NCBI GenBank assembly: GCA_016929295.1
Contig: JAFGJB010000214.1
Span: 10,261-74,260 of the forward strand
DNA length: 64,000 nt
Reading direction: 5' to 3'
Origin: Candidatus Zhuqueibacterota bacterium
GTDB lineage: Bacteria; Zhuqueibacterota; Zhuqueibacteria; Residuimicrobiales; Krinioviventaceae
In this document: in pieces, positions 38,768 through 48,163 of the stretch
Numbering within the stretch: position 1 is the first letter of the stretch
Layout of the letters: every line of letters begins with the position of its first letter
Notes under the pieces: model-generated
The model's input: only the letters and a program-made list of their open reading frames with translations
Databases searched by the model: none
What the model was told of the DNA's origin: nothing
Position numbers and translations under genes: made by a program

Positions 38768-39990
38768 TAACTTTTTGTCCTCTTCACTCGTTCCACAATC
38801 CATTTGGTCTTTTGCAGGTAATCATCATAGCTGTAATGTTTCTCTGCCAGTTGTTGCGCGGCAGCGACAAGGCGACGTTGCTCCTCACTGTCATCCAAAA
38901 TGGCAAGCAAAGCATCTGCAAACGCCTCTGGATTCGGATCGGCTAGAACGGAAACGGAGTCACTGAGTATTTGAGTGTGCGTAATATGACGTGTAGCCAC
39001 AATGGGCTTCCCACTTCTCAAATAGGAATATATTTTAAGAGGTGAATTTGTCCCTTGCAAACGCGGTGAAACGAGCACATCGCTGAGCGAAACAAAGCTG
39101 GGGATCATCTCGGGGGGAACGAAGCCGGTAAAAGTGAACCTGGATGCAACGCCCAATCGTTGTGCCTGGCTGCGAAAATTCGACACCTGCTGTTCATTGC
39201 CGCCTACCATCAAAAAGTGAACATCGCCCGGCCGCTTTTTATTCACTCTCGCAGCACTCTCTATGAGCATATCAATCCCCTGATACGGCTCGAGCGTGCC
39301 GTAATAGAGTACAATTTTAGCGCCATTCAAGCTATACTTTTTTCGCAAACTTTCTCGCCGTGAATCGGTCGCCGGGAAAACGATGCTGTTGTCCGCGACA
39401 TTTTCGATCAGCATGCTTTTTTGAGCGGAAAAATGTCTTTCAACATAGCTCTGCAATTCGGGGCAAATCGTTATGACGCCGGCCGACTTTACGATTGCAT
39501 TTCTTTCAAGGGACTCGAACAGGTTTCGCAACAACCTGGATTTGGAAAATTTAAAGTTGCCGAGCTGTTGCGGCAGGCTCGAGTGCATATCATAGAGATG
39601 AGGCAGACCGTATTTCGCTGCGAGTTTAATACCAAAGAACGCCGCTTCCTCGTGGGTGTGGAGATAGTCATAGGTGTTTTTTTTTAGCAATTCGACCGCT
39701 TTACGATAGAGGGCGATATCGAGAAATATTTTCGCCAAAGACGGGCCGATCTTGACTTTATTGATGAATGGCAGCTTTGCTGCGCGATGAATGGAGAGAT
39801 TGTCGATTGGCACATCCTGCCCCACATGATAGGTCACCAGGTCAACCTGATGGCCGAGCAGTGACAACGCTTTGATGCGATGCAATACGCTGAACGGCGT
39901 ACCACGAGGTTGGAACCATGGCTGTGGTGCGATCATGAGAATACGCAGCTTTTCCATTTCATCACTATAAGGGATGCTTATATTCATCGA
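38767..39990 (-). CDS. Family 4 glycosyltransferase (GT4)
   Basis: The N-terminal LRILMIAPQPWFQPRGTPFSV and the C-terminal EGFG-type region have the GT-B pattern. I take the start at MNISIP. Confidence 0.75.
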   Translation of the reverse strand, partial: SMNISIPYSDEMEKLRILMIAPQPWFQPRGTPFSVLHRIKALSLLGHQVDLVTYHVGQDVPIDNLSIHRAAKLPFINKVKIGPSLAKIFLDIALYRKAVELLKKNTYDYLHTHEEAAFFGIKLAAKYGLPHLYDMHSSLPQQLGNFKFSKSRLLRNLFESLERNAIVKSAGVITICPELQSYVERHFSAQKSMLIENVADNSIVFPATDSRRESLRKKYSLNGAKIVLYYGTLEPYQGIDMLIESAARVNKKRPGDVHFLMVGGNEQQVSNFRSQAQRLGVASRFTFTGFVPPEMIPSFVSLSDVLVSPRLQGTNSPLKIYSYLRSGKPIVATRHITHTQILSDSVSVLADPNPEAFADALLAILDDSEEQRRLVAAAQQLAEKHYSYDDYLQKTKWIVERVKRTKS

Positions 39991-40012
39991 AAAATACCTA
40001 ATACAAAAGGAC

Positions 40013-41470
40013 TTATTGAGCACCGTAGCCGGTGATGACGACCAAAAAGGTTCTAAACATAAGTTTGAGATCGAGTGCGAGAGACCAATGATCGATGTAT
40101 TCCAGGTCCATCCGCATCCACTCCTCAAAACCTATCTTGTTCCGGCCACTGACTTGCCAGATACAGGTGATCCCGGGTTTGAGAGAGAGTCTTCTGCGTT
40201 GCCAAATTTCATAGTGCTCGACTTCACTTCGCAAGGGCGGACGCGGGCCGACGATGCTCATATCTCCTTTCAACACATTAAAGAATTGCGGAATTTCATC
40301 GATGCTGGTTTTGCGGATGATATATCCAATCGGTGTGATGCGCGGGTCATGTTTTATCTTGAATACAGGACCATCCATCTCGTTATAATGAAGGAGCGAG
40401 TCTTTCAATGTTTCGGCATCCGATACCATGGAGCGAAATTTATACAACTGGAATTTACGTCCATTGAGTCCAATACGTTCCTGCTTGAAAAAGATGGGAC
40501 CTTTGGACGTTATTCGAATCAACAGAGCTGCAAGCAGGATGAGCGGCGAGAAAAATAAGATGGCCGTCAACGAAATAGCAATGTCGAGCACTCTTTTGAT
40601 GAAGAGTTGCCATTCTTTGGCATAAAAAGTCTGGAATTCCAGCAGCGGGAAGCCGTTAAAGTCCGTCTGTCGCGCTTTGGCAATATGCAGATTATAGAGA
40701 TCCAGGGAAATGGATGTTGATACACCGACTTTTTCGCACTCCAGTATGGCGCCTTCGATGCGATCCAGCCAGATTCGTGGCACCACGAAAATAACCCGGT
40801 CGATGACCAACCGATTCACAATGAAGCCGATGTCCTGAATTCGGCCCAGCACACGAAAGCCTTCAATCTCTTTGCCAAAATATCGCGGATCATCATCGAT
40901 CAAACCGACGACATGCAATCCCCAATTCGAATGACTTTTGACATTGCGAATGAACTCGCGGGCGCGATTGCCGGTCCCGACGATGAGCAAATTCTCCTGA
41001 TTATATCCTCTGGCATGCATTCGCTCCAGGATGAAGAGAATGATCGCTTTTTCCATAATGATCAGCGTATAGGCCGTACCTGAGTAGACGAGGAAAAACA
41101 ACCGACTTGCCATATCAAATTTGAAAAAGAAGATAAAACTGCCGCACACAAAACTGGCCCATACGGAGGTGATGAAAAGAATCCACGCCAAATTTTTAAA
41201 TGAACGTGTCCGGTAATCCTGGTAGATCTTGTTGAGATTGTAGAGTCCCCACCAGATGAGCGGAAAACCGATGAACATGACCCAGTATTTTGACGTAAAA
41301 TACAACAGGCCGGACACATTTATGCTGGTCGCATAAGCCTTTACATTCCAGAAAGTAATATGACGGATGAACTCGTCAATATAGTAGGCCAGCGGAAACG
41401 CCGAATAGAGAATGAGCAGGTCAACAAACTTGAATACATTCTGTATGAATTTTTCTTTATCTGCCAGCAT
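40013..41470 (-). CDS. Undecaprenyl-phosphate sugar phosphotransferase (WbaP/CpsE-like priming glycosyltransferase)
   Basis: KRVLDIAISLTAILFFSPLILLAALLIRITSKGPIFFKQERIGLNGRKFQLYKFRSM is the conserved bacterial sugar transferase C-terminal domain. The N-terminal region is a TM domain. Confidence 0.85.
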   Translation of the reverse strand: MLADKEKFIQNVFKFVDLLILYSAFPLAYYIDEFIRHITFWNVKAYATSINVSGLLYFTSKYWVMFIGFPLIWWGLYNLNKIYQDYRTRSFKNLAWILFITSVWASFVCGSFIFFFKFDMASRLFFLVYSGTAYTLIIMEKAIILFILERMHARGYNQENLLIVGTGNRAREFIRNVKSHSNWGLHVVGLIDDDPRYFGKEIEGFRVLGRIQDIGFIVNRLVIDRVIFVVPRIWLDRIEGAILECEKVGVSTSISLDLYNLHIAKARQTDFNGFPLLEFQTFYAKEWQLFIKRVLDIAISLTAILFFSPLILLAALLIRITSKGPIFFKQERIGLNGRKFQLYKFRSMVSDAETLKDSLLHYNEMDGPVFKIKHDPRITPIGYIIRKTSIDEIPQFFNVLKGDMSIVGPRPPLRSEVEHYEIWQRRRLSLKPGITCIWQVSGRNKIGFEEWMRMDLEYIDHWSLALDLKLMFRTFLVVITGYGAQ

Positions 41471-41473
41471 CTA

Positions 41474-42457
41474 TCAATCATGTCCTGGAATAGTCGGTCC
41501 TCGCTGTCCCTCATGTTGAAGGAACCATTCTACAAAATATCCTATACCGTCCTCGATATTAATTTGCGGATCATATTTTAGCTCCCTCCTGGCCTTTTCC
41601 ACATCAGCATAGGTGATCGGAACGTCACCCGGTTGATCCGATCTGAATTCGATGAGAGCTTCAATGCCGAGCGCATGCTGAATGAGTCCGACGAGCGCCA
41701 TGAGCTCAACGGTTTTTGATTCGCCGAGATTGTATATGTTATAACCATCGCAATGGTGAATCGCTGCAGTGAGGCCCTGAATGATATCCGAAATATAGGT
41801 ATAATCACGACGGCTTTTTCCGGAGCCAAAGACCGATATGGGCGTCCGGTTGTAGATCAGACGAGTAAATTTGTGAATTGCCATATCCGGTCGCTGCCGC
41901 GGGCCATAGACGGTGAAGAAGCGCAGACAATTGACCGAAATATCATACAAGTGGTGGTAGGTATAGCAGATGAGCTCTCCCGCCTTTTTTGTCGCAGCGT
42001 AGGGTGATATCGGCTGATCCACCGGATCCGATTCTGCAAATGGCACTTTTTCATTGGCGCCATACACAGACGAAGAAGAGGCAAAGACAAATTTTTTGAT
42101 ACGATGGATTCTGCACTGCTCCAGCAAATTCATCGTGCCCTGCACATTCACTCTCTCATAGAGCAAGGGCTGTTCGATCGATGGCCGAACACCGGCGCGC
42201 GCTGCGAGATGGACGATTGCATCAAAATGGCGCTGATTGAAAACGGCTGCGACGTCGGATTCATGCAAAATATCCACTTTAGCAACTGCGTAATCAGGCG
42301 ACGCCAGCGCCTTTTGAATATTCTGTTGTTTTATGTCCGGATGATAATAGTCATTGAAATTATCAAGACAAACAACAGTGTGTCCTTCTTGCAGCAGCTT
42401 TTCAACCAGGTGCGAGCCGATGAATCCAGCTCCTCCAGTGACGAGAATATTCATCAA
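41474..42457 (-). CDS. NAD-dependent epimerase/dehydratase (UDP-sugar 4-epimerase-like)
   Basis: MMNILVTGGAGFIGSHL Rossmann motif. Confidence 0.8.
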   Translation of the reverse strand: MMNILVTGGAGFIGSHLVEKLLQEGHTVVCLDNFNDYYHPDIKQQNIQKALASPDYAVAKVDILHESDVAAVFNQRHFDAIVHLAARAGVRPSIEQPLLYERVNVQGTMNLLEQCRIHRIKKFVFASSSSVYGANEKVPFAESDPVDQPISPYAATKKAGELICYTYHHLYDISVNCLRFFTVYGPRQRPDMAIHKFTRLIYNRTPISVFGSGKSRRDYTYISDIIQGLTAAIHHCDGYNIYNLGESKTVELMALVGLIQHALGIEALIEFRSDQPGDVPITYADVEKARRELKYDPQINIEDGIGYFVEWFLQHEGQRGPTIPGHD

Positions 42458-42472
42458 ACGCTCTTTATTATT

Positions 42473-44815
42473 TTAATAGTGATAATAGCTGTACGCACTT
42501 TTCATATTTGCTTCTTGCGTGCCGTTCATGACGATGCCGACAAGATTTGCCGGGACGGAATGAAAGATGTTCAAACGTTCTTTGGCATTGTTGCGATTGG
42601 TCTTACCCGCGCGCACGACGACCGCGACAGCGTCCACCAGTGTGCTGATGACAACAGAGTCGGTCGCCGCATCCAGCGGCGGTGCGTCAAAAATAATAAA
42701 GTCGTATTTTCTTTTTACCTCGGCAACAAATCGCCGCATCTGCATGGAGCCCAATAATTCAGAGGGATTGGGAATCAAAGAACCGCAGCTCAGTACAGAG
42801 AGATTTGGGACATGCGTCGGCTGGATGAGTCCGACGAGGGTCGCCTTGTTGCTCAGATAGCTGGTCAATCCCGGATCCTTCGAGGTGCTGAAGGTGTTGT
42901 GCTGAACGCCGCGACGGAGGTCAGCGTCAACCAGCAACGTGTTCGTGCGTTGTTGCGCCATGATGATGGCGAGGTTGCTGGCGGTGAACGATTTCCCTTC
43001 TTCCGGGCTGATGCTGGTGATGAGCAGCGTTCTGATTTGCTCTGAACCTCGCGCAAATAACAGCTGTGTTCGCAGCGCGCGGTACGCTTCTCCAACTGGA
43101 GTCGGCGAGTAGTCGTGCGTCACTAGTTGGCGGTCAATTTGCGACGCTTTCTGGTCGTCGCGAAAATCAGGAATATCCTTGAAAGAGACAACAGGTATTG
43201 TCCCGAGCACCGGCAGGTTCAGATAACGTTCCACATCTTTGAGTGTATGCAGCGACCGATCAGCAACATCAATGCCGATGGAGAGGACTAGTCCGAGCAT
43301 GAATCCGAGTCCTGCGCCAATCATGACCTGCATATTTTTGCTCGGATTGACCGGCTTGGTGGGTCGAACAGCACGGTCGAGGATGCGGATGCCCGTATCC
43401 GAACCGGCGCTGGAGACCTGGAGTTTTTTCATTTCAACGTAAAAAGCCGTATACAATTCCTCGTCGACTTGTTTTTTTCTCTCCAGTTCCATCAATCGTC
43501 TCTCATCGCTTGGCAAGGCATACAATCTTGTTTCCAGTTCAGATTTTTCCTTGCGATGTTTCGATTCTTGCTCGGCAAGGATATTTCGATAGTTGGAAGC
43601 AAATTGCACGATTTTATCCTGCGTTTCTTTTATTCTCCTGGCATAGTTGATGACATCCTTATGTTCGGCGGAATACTGGGCATACAATCGATCATATTCC
43701 CTTTCCAAATTCCCAAGGTTTTGGCGATAAATCACCAATTCGGGCTCGTCTGCCATAGGGGTTAAATTGGCTATCTGTTGTATGACGACGCGGCGATATT
43801 CCATCTCATAGCCGTCTTCGGGATTATCAAGCTTTGTGAGCAGATTTGTCAGGGTCCGCCGCTGCGACGGCAGAGTTCGCAGGGCGGTCTCGTTGGCTGA
43901 GAGTTGATTCATCAGGTTCTTTTTTTCAGCATCGAGCGAGAGCGGATATTGCGAATAGAATCGGTGCAGATATTCTTCACTATTCTTCACATTTTCTTCA
44001 GCGGCCGCAAGGTTGCGGCTCAGCATGTCTCGATAAGTGTCAGAATCCATCAGCTTCAGCCTTTTGATTTCGGCAAGATAGGTCTCGGCAATGCGATTGA
44101 GCAATTTAGGTATCAAATCAGGATCTACATCTTCAAGCTCCAAAACCATGAAATTGCCGGCCCTGTTGAAACTTTTTGCAATCTTATAATCAAGGAATTT
44201 AAAACCTTTGATAAACGGCCTGATGCGGAAATTGAACTCTCCAGGTTTATAGCTGAAATTTGGATTGAGACGGAATGAAATCCCGTTGATGGAGCGAGGC
44301 GTATCGACGGCATCCCAAACATTGGCACTATCGACAGCGACGTGCACATCCCCTTTCTTTTGAAATAAATAATAGGTTCCCAGTTTATCAATTACTATTT
44401 TATATTGGGCTTCAACAGGATTTGTCGTTGTCTGATATTCCAGGAAAACCTCGTCGAGTTCCTTATAGACCGAGTCCGAAACGGCATATGCCAAGCCCAG
44501 GATTGCCGCCATACGCTCAGTGAAAGATTGGCTACGAATTTCTGCCTGGGTTTCGCCATCAAAAATATTATACTCGTCGCTGCCGACTTTTTTCGACTGA
44601 ATGACTACCCGGCATTTATAGCGTGGCACCTGGTTTTTGGCAACAAAGTAAAAAGGGATAGCAACAATGCAACTCAGACAGAGAATGAGCCACTTGCGCT
44701 TCCATATACCTTTAATGAACTTGACAAAATCTATTTGGTTTGTTTGCCCTGCATCAAATGACTCTTCAAATGCTTGAAAATCTTCCATCGCCATAGTTTT
44801 ACCTTCGCTTCTCAT
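42473..44815 (-). CDS. Polysaccharide co-polymerase / BY-kinase (Wzc/GumC-like): Wzz chain-length determinant domain plus a C-terminal tyrosine kinase with a Tyr cluster
   Basis: Two TM segments flank a periplasmic coiled-coil region. Walker A is ITSISPEEGKSFTASNLA. The C-terminal tyrosine cluster is SAYSYYHY. Confidence 0.85.
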   Translation of the reverse strand: MRSEGKTMAMEDFQAFEESFDAGQTNQIDFVKFIKGIWKRKWLILCLSCIVAIPFYFVAKNQVPRYKCRVVIQSKKVGSDEYNIFDGETQAEIRSQSFTERMAAILGLAYAVSDSVYKELDEVFLEYQTTTNPVEAQYKIVIDKLGTYYLFQKKGDVHVAVDSANVWDAVDTPRSINGISFRLNPNFSYKPGEFNFRIRPFIKGFKFLDYKIAKSFNRAGNFMVLELEDVDPDLIPKLLNRIAETYLAEIKRLKLMDSDTYRDMLSRNLAAAEENVKNSEEYLHRFYSQYPLSLDAEKKNLMNQLSANETALRTLPSQRRTLTNLLTKLDNPEDGYEMEYRRVVIQQIANLTPMADEPELVIYRQNLGNLEREYDRLYAQYSAEHKDVINYARRIKETQDKIVQFASNYRNILAEQESKHRKEKSELETRLYALPSDERRLMELERKKQVDEELYTAFYVEMKKLQVSSAGSDTGIRILDRAVRPTKPVNPSKNMQVMIGAGLGFMLGLVLSIGIDVADRSLHTLKDVERYLNLPVLGTIPVVSFKDIPDFRDDQKASQIDRQLVTHDYSPTPVGEAYRALRTQLLFARGSEQIRTLLITSISPEEGKSFTASNLAIIMAQQRTNTLLVDADLRRGVQHNTFSTSKDPGLTSYLSNKATLVGLIQPTHVPNLSVLSCGSLIPNPSELLGSMQMRRFVAEVKRKYDFIIFDAPPLDAATDSVVISTLVDAVAVVVRAGKTNRNNAKERLNIFHSVPANLVGIVMNGTQEANMKSAYSYYHY

Positions 44816-45461
44816 CCGTCAACGCATAATATAGAAAAAAGAGAGATGCAAAAAGATTGATATATCTCATAACTGCATCAAAGCTGATTCGATTGATTCG
44901 CGGGACGACGATCTCATCGCCCGACTCAAGTCCCAGCTCGCCAATGGATGCACCTTCGTTCAGAGAATTCCAAAACTCTGCGTAAATGATTTCACCCCGC
45001 CGCACAACATATATATTCTCCGCCGCCAGGTTGCTCGACATACCTCCTGCTTCCGCAACAAGATCCCAAAAAGAGGTGCGCGGACTGAAGCGATACATGC
45101 CCGGCTTGCCAAACTCTCCCCTGAGGATAAGCCGTATGAGGGGAACGACCATTATTGTCAGGTTTTTTCCATATGTTCGCAGCTTTTCTTCAAACAGCTT
45201 GGTCACCTCCTCGACGGACAGATTCGCCACGTAGACTCTGCCAAAGGATCCCAGATGCACGTAACCTTCTCCGTCGATCACAAATTCAGTGTCATGAAAG
45301 CTTGCCAGAATTCTGTTACGCTCGGGTTCCATGTCGTTATCATAGATTAATATTCTCAAACCATCGGCCTTTTTAAATTTAAAATCATCCGCAGCAAAGA
45401 GATCGAGCCCGGTGAAAAGTAATGCGATTATGGAATAGATAATATATTTTATCTGCAACAT
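44799..45461 (-). CDS. Polysaccharide export protein (Wza-like; Poly_export plus SLBB)
   Basis: Signal peptide. RILIYDNDMEP and GDEIVVP motifs typical of Poly_export/SLBB. It overlaps the wzc start by 17 nt. Confidence 0.7.
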   Translation of the reverse strand: MLQIKYIIYSIIALLFTGLDLFAADDFKFKKADGLRILIYDNDMEPERNRILASFHDTEFVIDGEGYVHLGSFGRVYVANLSVEEVTKLFEEKLRTYGKNLTIMVVPLIRLILRGEFGKPGMYRFSPRTSFWDLVAEAGGMSSNLAAENIYVVRRGEIIYAEFWNSLNEGASIGELGLESGDEIVVPRINRISFDAVMRYINLFASLFFLYYALTDEKRR

Positions 45462-45480
45462 GTTTGATCATCTCCTTCAT

Positions 45481-46233
45481 TTATCGCGAGCGGAAATAGC
45501 GGAACCTTTTTGTTTTTGTATTCAGAGATAAACTTTTCAATATCTTGTTTAATTTAAAAAGGCCAATCTTGGTATAGCCAAAACGTGGTGAATAAAGCAT
45601 CCTTTTCAGCCCCCAAGCACCAAGAATCGGGTTTTCCAAAACGATTTTTTTTATCTTTTCATTCATCGGCAGCAGCGTTTCATCAATTTCTCTACTGTGA
45701 TTGAAGCGGCCTGGCTTTGAGCTGGGCGACATCGTCTCAACGGGCACATGATTCAGCGTTCGGCTTTTTTCGCTGATGAATGAGCTATCCGCGATCTCCT
45801 CATCACTCACGGATGCAAGAGCGTGCGAATGTGAGGTTGCCGGGACCGTGTTATTGAGTTCACGATAAAAATCAAAATCCTCTATCGCCTCCTCAATCGA
45901 GTCATAGTTGGAGAGGATGCGATGAAATTCGAGCATTTCGAAAACCTCATAAACCTCCGACGACATCTGGGTGATTTTCAAGTCACCCCCTTTCTCCTGT
46001 AATCGGCGTATTTCGCCGACAAAAACGCCCCATCCCGCGCTGCTGACATATTGAACGGCGCCCATATCAATGATAAATTGACAGACTCCCTGTTCAATCG
46101 TTAGTCCTAAAACTTTTTGCAGCTCGGGTGACGTGTTTGTATCGACATAGCCATGCGTTTTAAGCAGGGCGATATCCTTCAGCGCGCCAACACGATACTC
46201 ATCAATCTGAATGCCTTCCATAAAACTCTTCAT
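45481..46233 (-). CDS. STAS-domain protein (anti-sigma-factor-antagonist fold) with a ~130-aa C-terminal extension that ends in a basic tail
   Basis: The N-terminal ~115 aa fit the SpoIIAA/STAS pattern (LKTHGYVDTNTSPELQKVL...QFIIDMGAVQYVSSAGWGVFVGEIRRLQEKGGDLKITQMSSEVYEVFEMLEF). The extension ends KSLSLNTKTKRFRYFRSR. Confidence 0.65.
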   Translation of the reverse strand: MKSFMEGIQIDEYRVGALKDIALLKTHGYVDTNTSPELQKVLGLTIEQGVCQFIIDMGAVQYVSSAGWGVFVGEIRRLQEKGGDLKITQMSSEVYEVFEMLEFHRILSNYDSIEEAIEDFDFYRELNNTVPATSHSHALASVSDEEIADSSFISEKSRTLNHVPVETMSPSSKPGRFNHSREIDETLLPMNEKIKKIVLENPILGAWGLKRMLYSPRFGYTKIGLFKLNKILKSLSLNTKTKRFRYFRSR

Positions 46234-46309
46234 CTCTTGTTCATTCGATAGTCGTGCGATCCGACAAAAACAGAAAAATTAAAGCCTGTTGACAGAGCAC
46301 ACAAGATCA

Positions 46310-46325
46310 AGCAAAGTTGGTGCCA
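46310..46325 (-). promoter_or_regulatory. Sigma-54 (RpoN) promoter candidate, TGGCAC-N5-TTGCT
   Basis: The minus strand reads TGGCACCAACTTTGCT, with GG and GC at the canonical -24/-12 spacing. It lies ~75 bp upstream of the STAS gene start. Confidence 0.5.
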
Positions 46326-46534
46326 ATGGAAGATGTCATGCGGCGCATGCCTGAGAAATAAAACAGCACGATCCCGAATGACAGTAATTCTATATTTTTA
46401 TTGGTCTAATGAAAGAGAGGACGAGACAAATGACTATCAATTTGATGCGAGATGAAGCTGAAGGTTTAAAAAAAACACTGTTTGTCAATACACGATACAA
46501 AGATGTCCCACACTAATACAGCGCCGAAATGCAG

Positions 46535-48016
46535 CTATTTTCGCTTTTTACTTTCCAGCTTTTGATAGACCTTGACATAGTTCTCAGCCGACTGTGTCCA
46601 CGAAAAATCAATCTTCATCCCGCGTCGCTGGATTTTACTCCAATTTTTTTGATCCTGGTACGCGGTGACCGCGTGATGGATGGCGGTCAGCATAGAACTG
46701 CTATTATATTCCTCAAAGACAAAGCCGTTGCCCTTGTCCGGTTCCTGTACAAAATCGGTGATCGTGTCCGCCAAACCACCTGTTTTGCGCACGATGGGAA
46801 CAGTACCATATCTGAGACTGTACATCTGGTTGAGCCCACACGGTTCGAATCTGGAGGGCATTAAAAACATATCGCTGCCGGCTTCGATGAGGTGAGCAAG
46901 CGCTTCATCGAACGTCAGAAAAACAGCGATATTATCCGCGTAGGTCTTGGCAGCTTTTTTGAAGAATTTATGATATTTCTCATCCCCCGTGCCCAACAAG
47001 ACAAGTTGAACTTTAAGCGAAATTATCTTGTCGATGACATCGGCGACCAGGTCAAACCCTTTTTGATCGACCATGCGCGAGACCATGCCGATGATCGGTG
47101 TCGTTTCATCAAATGGCAGCCTGGCCTTGGCAGCCAGCGCCTTTTTATTTTCGAGCTTGCCATTCATATCATCAATATTATAGGCGGAAATGAATTCGTC
47201 TTTTTCGGGATTCCAGACAGAATGATCGATCCCGTTTAAAATCCCGTATATATCATTCTTGCGTGCGCGCAAAATATCCAAAAGACCGGCGCTCAATTCC
47301 ATATCCATCTGTATTTCTTCAGCGTAAGTGGGGCTGACGGTTGTGATGACATCTGCCGTCACCAAGCCGCTTTTTAAAAAGTTAACGCGACCATAGATCT
47401 CCAGATCCTCGTTAGTCTGCTCCGGCCTGATGCCAATTTTAGGCAGCACGGATTTATCAAAGCTGCCTTGATAAGCCAAATTGTGAACAGAGAGCAGCGT
47501 TGAGGTGCTGGCAAAGAATGGATCCTGAGCGTATTCATGCTTCAATAGCCAGGGTATCATGGCCGTTTGCCAATCATTGCAGTGGATCACCTGTGGCTGC
47601 CAGTGCAGCAATTTGGTCGTCGCCAGGACAGCTCTGCACAGCAGCATGAATCGCTCGGCGTTGTCAGGATAATCTGCCCCGGTTTTTGAATCCACATAAA
47701 GATCCGGCCGTGCAAAATATGGCGGATAATCCAAAAAGTAGACCTGCACTTTCGAATCTGGAATAAAAGCCGATTTTGCACACGTCACATGTTCTTTATT
47801 TCCCATACGCACCGGAATTTTTTTGAGTCGAATGACTTCGCGCAGTATGTATTTTCGTTCGCTGATCACTCCATATTTGGGCATGATGATTCGAATATCA
47901 TGCCCCATATCGTACAAAGCCTTGGGCAGAGAGCTTGTCACATCAGCCAAACCACCGGTTTTTGCAAACGGGGATACTTCTGAAGCGAGGAATAGGATTC
48001 TCAATCGATTTTTCAT
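46535..48016 (-). CDS. glgA: Glycogen synthase (ADP-glucose type)
   Basis: LFLASEVSPFAKTGGLADV N-terminal motif and GT5/GT-B architecture. Confidence 0.9.
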   Translation of the reverse strand: MKNRLRILFLASEVSPFAKTGGLADVTSSLPKALYDMGHDIRIIMPKYGVISERKYILREVIRLKKIPVRMGNKEHVTCAKSAFIPDSKVQVYFLDYPPYFARPDLYVDSKTGADYPDNAERFMLLCRAVLATTKLLHWQPQVIHCNDWQTAMIPWLLKHEYAQDPFFASTSTLLSVHNLAYQGSFDKSVLPKIGIRPEQTNEDLEIYGRVNFLKSGLVTADVITTVSPTYAEEIQMDMELSAGLLDILRARKNDIYGILNGIDHSVWNPEKDEFISAYNIDDMNGKLENKKALAAKARLPFDETTPIIGMVSRMVDQKGFDLVADVIDKIISLKVQLVLLGTGDEKYHKFFKKAAKTYADNIAVFLTFDEALAHLIEAGSDMFLMPSRFEPCGLNQMYSLRYGTVPIVRKTGGLADTITDFVQEPDKGNGFVFEEYNSSSMLTAIHHAVTAYQDQKNWSKIQRRGMKIDFSWTQSAENYVKVYQKLESKKRK

Positions 48017-48124
48017 TTAGTGACCTTAATGATAAAAGAGTGCTGCAATAACATCCCCTTGCATACGATTATAAGCAATTGAATTATGAATCTTTAAGTT
48101 AATAAAATTTTCGTGAAATGCAAT

Positions 48125-48154
48125 AAAAAAGGGTAACACGAGTTACCCTTTTTT
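48125..48154. terminator. Bidirectional rho-independent terminator
   Basis: AAAAAA-GGGTAAC-ACGA-GTTACCC-TTTTTT. It lies directly downstream of ybgF (minus strand). Confidence 0.6.
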
Positions 48155-48163
48155 CAGAATGAT

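Noticed and set aside
38090-38770. 226-aa plus-strand ORF inside asnB
   Set aside because: It is antisense to AsnB, which has an unambiguous Cys2 N-terminus and PP-loop.
46234-46534. Looked for a glgA terminator hairpin and additional regulatory palindromes in the 300-bp spacer
   Set aside because: Only imperfect inverted repeats were found (e.g. CGAAATGCAGCTATTTTCG). None was convincing enough to call.
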